From: an uncultured virus (IMG/VR IMGVR_UViG_3300021425_000024)
Lineage: Duplodnaviria; Heunggongvirae; Uroviricota; Caudoviricetes
Direction: 5' to 3' (one strand)
Length of the DNA stretch: 20,000 bases
Virus record (IMG/VR): IMGVR_UViG_3300021425_000024
The position numbers and the translations under genes are program-made. Positions 18,468-20,000 of the stretch are shown piece after piece; the stretch's first letter is position 1, and each line of letters begins with the position of its first letter. The notes below the pieces were generated by a model. The model was not told where the DNA came from. It ran no database searches and saw only the letters and a program-made list of their open reading frames with translations.

Positions 18468-19594
18468 TGAAATTCCAGTTTATAAGACCAGACAGATTAA
18501 ATTTAGATCATGTACCTGAAATAAAAAAAGTACGACCATACAAACAATTTATTCAAAGATACAAAACACCTGAATTAGGAATTGGGTTTGGCAAGCCAAG
18601 TACTGAATGTATTTTTCCTATTGAAACTTCTAAACTATCGCATCAATGGACAGGTGATGTAGGAACGCAAGATTCTTTTAACACACTTTTAAATATTCCT
18701 ATAGAAGTAATACATCTTGTACAACAAGGGAAATGTAGAATTGCAATTATTAGTATTGTAGAAGGTGATTCATATATTGGAGAAAATTGGAATTCGTTTA
18801 AGGCATTACATCATGATATGGAACAAAGAAAAATGCCAAATAACAGTGTAATAATTGTAAGTGGTAATTTAAGATTAAATGAGGAATATCAACAATGGTG
18901 TAAAAATGCAAACGTTTATCCTAAGTTAGAAATACAGGGAGGTATAGAGTGGGATGCCAAAACAGCGTATAAGGAAGACAGTCTTGTAATTGACAAGGTA
19001 TTACGTAATTGGAGTGACCTAGCAAAATTTAACAGTCTTAATAGGACTGATAGGCCGCATAGACGTAGGCACATTGACTGGTTAGAAAAACAAAATTTAA
19101 TACATGATAATTTAGTATCAGGGTATGGGCATAGAGTAGATGTAGATAATACAGTCGGCGGCTTAGGTAATGTAACAAATAGAGATATTTATAATGCAAG
19201 TCAGCTTAGTATTGTTACAGAAACGTTTTTTGAAGAACCTGGATTGTTTATTACTGAAAAAACATTTAGGTCAATTGCTATTGGACATCCTTGTATAGTA
19301 TTAGGGCAACACGGAATACTAGATTACTTTGATAGTATAGGTATTAACTTGCGTTTACCAGGCTTAAACACCTCCTACGACAGCATACAAGACCCTACAG
19401 TGCGTTTTAATTTGTTCCACGATACTTTACAGCACTGGGTGCATTTAGAGCATACAGAGCGTTATAAGTTGCTTAAAAGCTGGCAACCTATCTTAAAAAA
19501 GAACGCACAAGTGTATAACAGCATTGATTTTAAGCAAGAAATAACTAGAAATATTGTTCAATCTACAGAAGAATATTTCTTGACTAAACCCTAA
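18467..19594 (+). CDS. Putative GT10-like 'ITEKT' family glycosyltransferase, copy 3
   Basis: TAATG overlap. Motifs FNSLNRTDRPHR and SIVTETFF...FITEKTFRSIAIGHPCIVLG..G.L......G....SYD. Confidence 0.55.
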   Translation: MKFQFIRPDRLNLDHVPEIKKVRPYKQFIQRYKTPELGIGFGKPSTECIFPIETSKLSHQWTGDVGTQDSFNTLLNIPIEVIHLVQQGKCRIAIISIVEGDSYIGENWNSFKALHHDMEQRKMPNNSVIIVSGNLRLNEEYQQWCKNANVYPKLEIQGGIEWDAKTAYKEDSLVIDKVLRNWSDLAKFNSLNRTDRPHRRRHIDWLEKQNLIHDNLVSGYGHRVDVDNTVGGLGNVTNRDIYNASQLSIVTETFFEEPGLFITEKTFRSIAIGHPCIVLGQHGILDYFDSIGINLRLPGLNTSYDSIQDPTVRFNLFHDTLQHWVHLEHTERYKLLKSWQPILKKNAQVYNSIDFKQEITRNIVQSTEEYFLTKP

Positions 19595-19608
19595 AAAAGT
19601 AGTATAAT
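19580..19608 (+). promoter_or_regulatory. Sigma70-type promoter
   Basis: TTGACT (19580-19585), 17-nt spacer, TATAAT (19603-19608). Confidence 0.8.
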
Positions 19609-19614
19609 AACAAG

Positions 19615-20000
19615 ATGTATGATATAATTTTCGTGTCTGCAAAAGAAAATAAAACACAGTATAAAAAACTGTGCGATAGATTCCCTACGGCTAAGTTTGC
19701 AACAAGTTTTGATCAAGCACAACGTAAAGCTCTAAGTGATATGTTTTATGTTGTTTGGGATGATGTAGATGTACAGGATAGTTTTGCATTTGATTATGAA
19801 GTAGCTGAATGGGATAAAAAATATGTACACACATTTTTAAATGATACGTACTTTGATGGAATATGTTTAGTACCAAAGGACATACATATATCAGCAAAAG
19901 AGATAAAACACAGATTTTTTGTAAACAAAAAAGAAGTTGACATAGTAGCAAGTATGCCAACTAGGTATGACGTTTTTCATATAGATTCTTATGAAGATTA
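19615..20000 (+). CDS. GT2-like glycosyltransferase-related protein, 3'-truncated by window edge (absent from the ORF track)
   Basis: Manual translation: MYDIIFVSAKENKTQYKKLCDRFPTAKFATSFDQAQRKALSDMFYVVWDDVDVQDSFAFDY...YVHTF...FDGICLVPK...YDVFHIDSYED, open to the end. Aligns with 11603-12493 (DIIFLS..NYADLCNKLPWAK..LSETEYFVTVDGD). Confidence 0.75.
   Translation, partial: MYDIIFVSAKENKTQYKKLCDRFPTAKFATSFDQAQRKALSDMFYVVWDDVDVQDSFAFDYEVAEWDKKYVHTFLNDTYFDGICLVPKDIHISAKEIKHRFFVNKKEVDIVASMPTRYDVFHIDSYED

Noticed and set aside
1027..19960. All minus-strand ORFs in the track (60-122 aa)
   Set aside because: Each lies antisense within a well-supported + strand gene and shows no recognisable motif; shadow ORFs. 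19691-19960 is antisense to the ORF starting at 19615.
1..20000. Alternative genetic code, CRISPR array, tRNA or intrinsic terminators
   Set aside because: Genes are intact under code 11 with TAA, TAG and TGA all used as stops, intergenic gaps are at most about 50 nt, and no spaced repeats, cloverleafs or hairpin-plus-U tracts were seen.

Overview
AT-rich, densely coded segment with every credible gene on the + strand, most likely from a large T4-like (myovirus-type) bacteriophage. The first ~9 kb (1-8987) is a virion/tail module. It holds a C-terminal tail-collar domain protein, two paralogous tail-fibre/baseplate-type proteins (one ending in a putative intramolecular-chaperone/autocleavage domain), two paralogous structural proteins (the second extended with Calx-beta/Ig-like and glycine-rich modules) and a small unknown ORF, with a T4 late-promoter box TATAAATA at 2459. 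From a perfect sigma70 promoter at 8984-9012 follows a tightly coupled ~11 kb glycan-synthesis/modification cluster. It encodes two GT8-like and one GT2-like glycosyltransferase, a radical SAM enzyme with an N-terminal Twitch-like Cys cluster, three paralogous 'ITEKT' (GT10/fucosyltransferase-like) proteins, a GDP-mannose 3,5-epimerase-like enzyme, a 2OG-Fe(II) oxygenase and a SAM methyltransferase. A second sigma70 promoter precedes an apparently leaderless GT-like gene running off the end. All assignments come from motif recognition by eye; no database search was run. No tRNA, rRNA, CRISPR array or transposase was seen.
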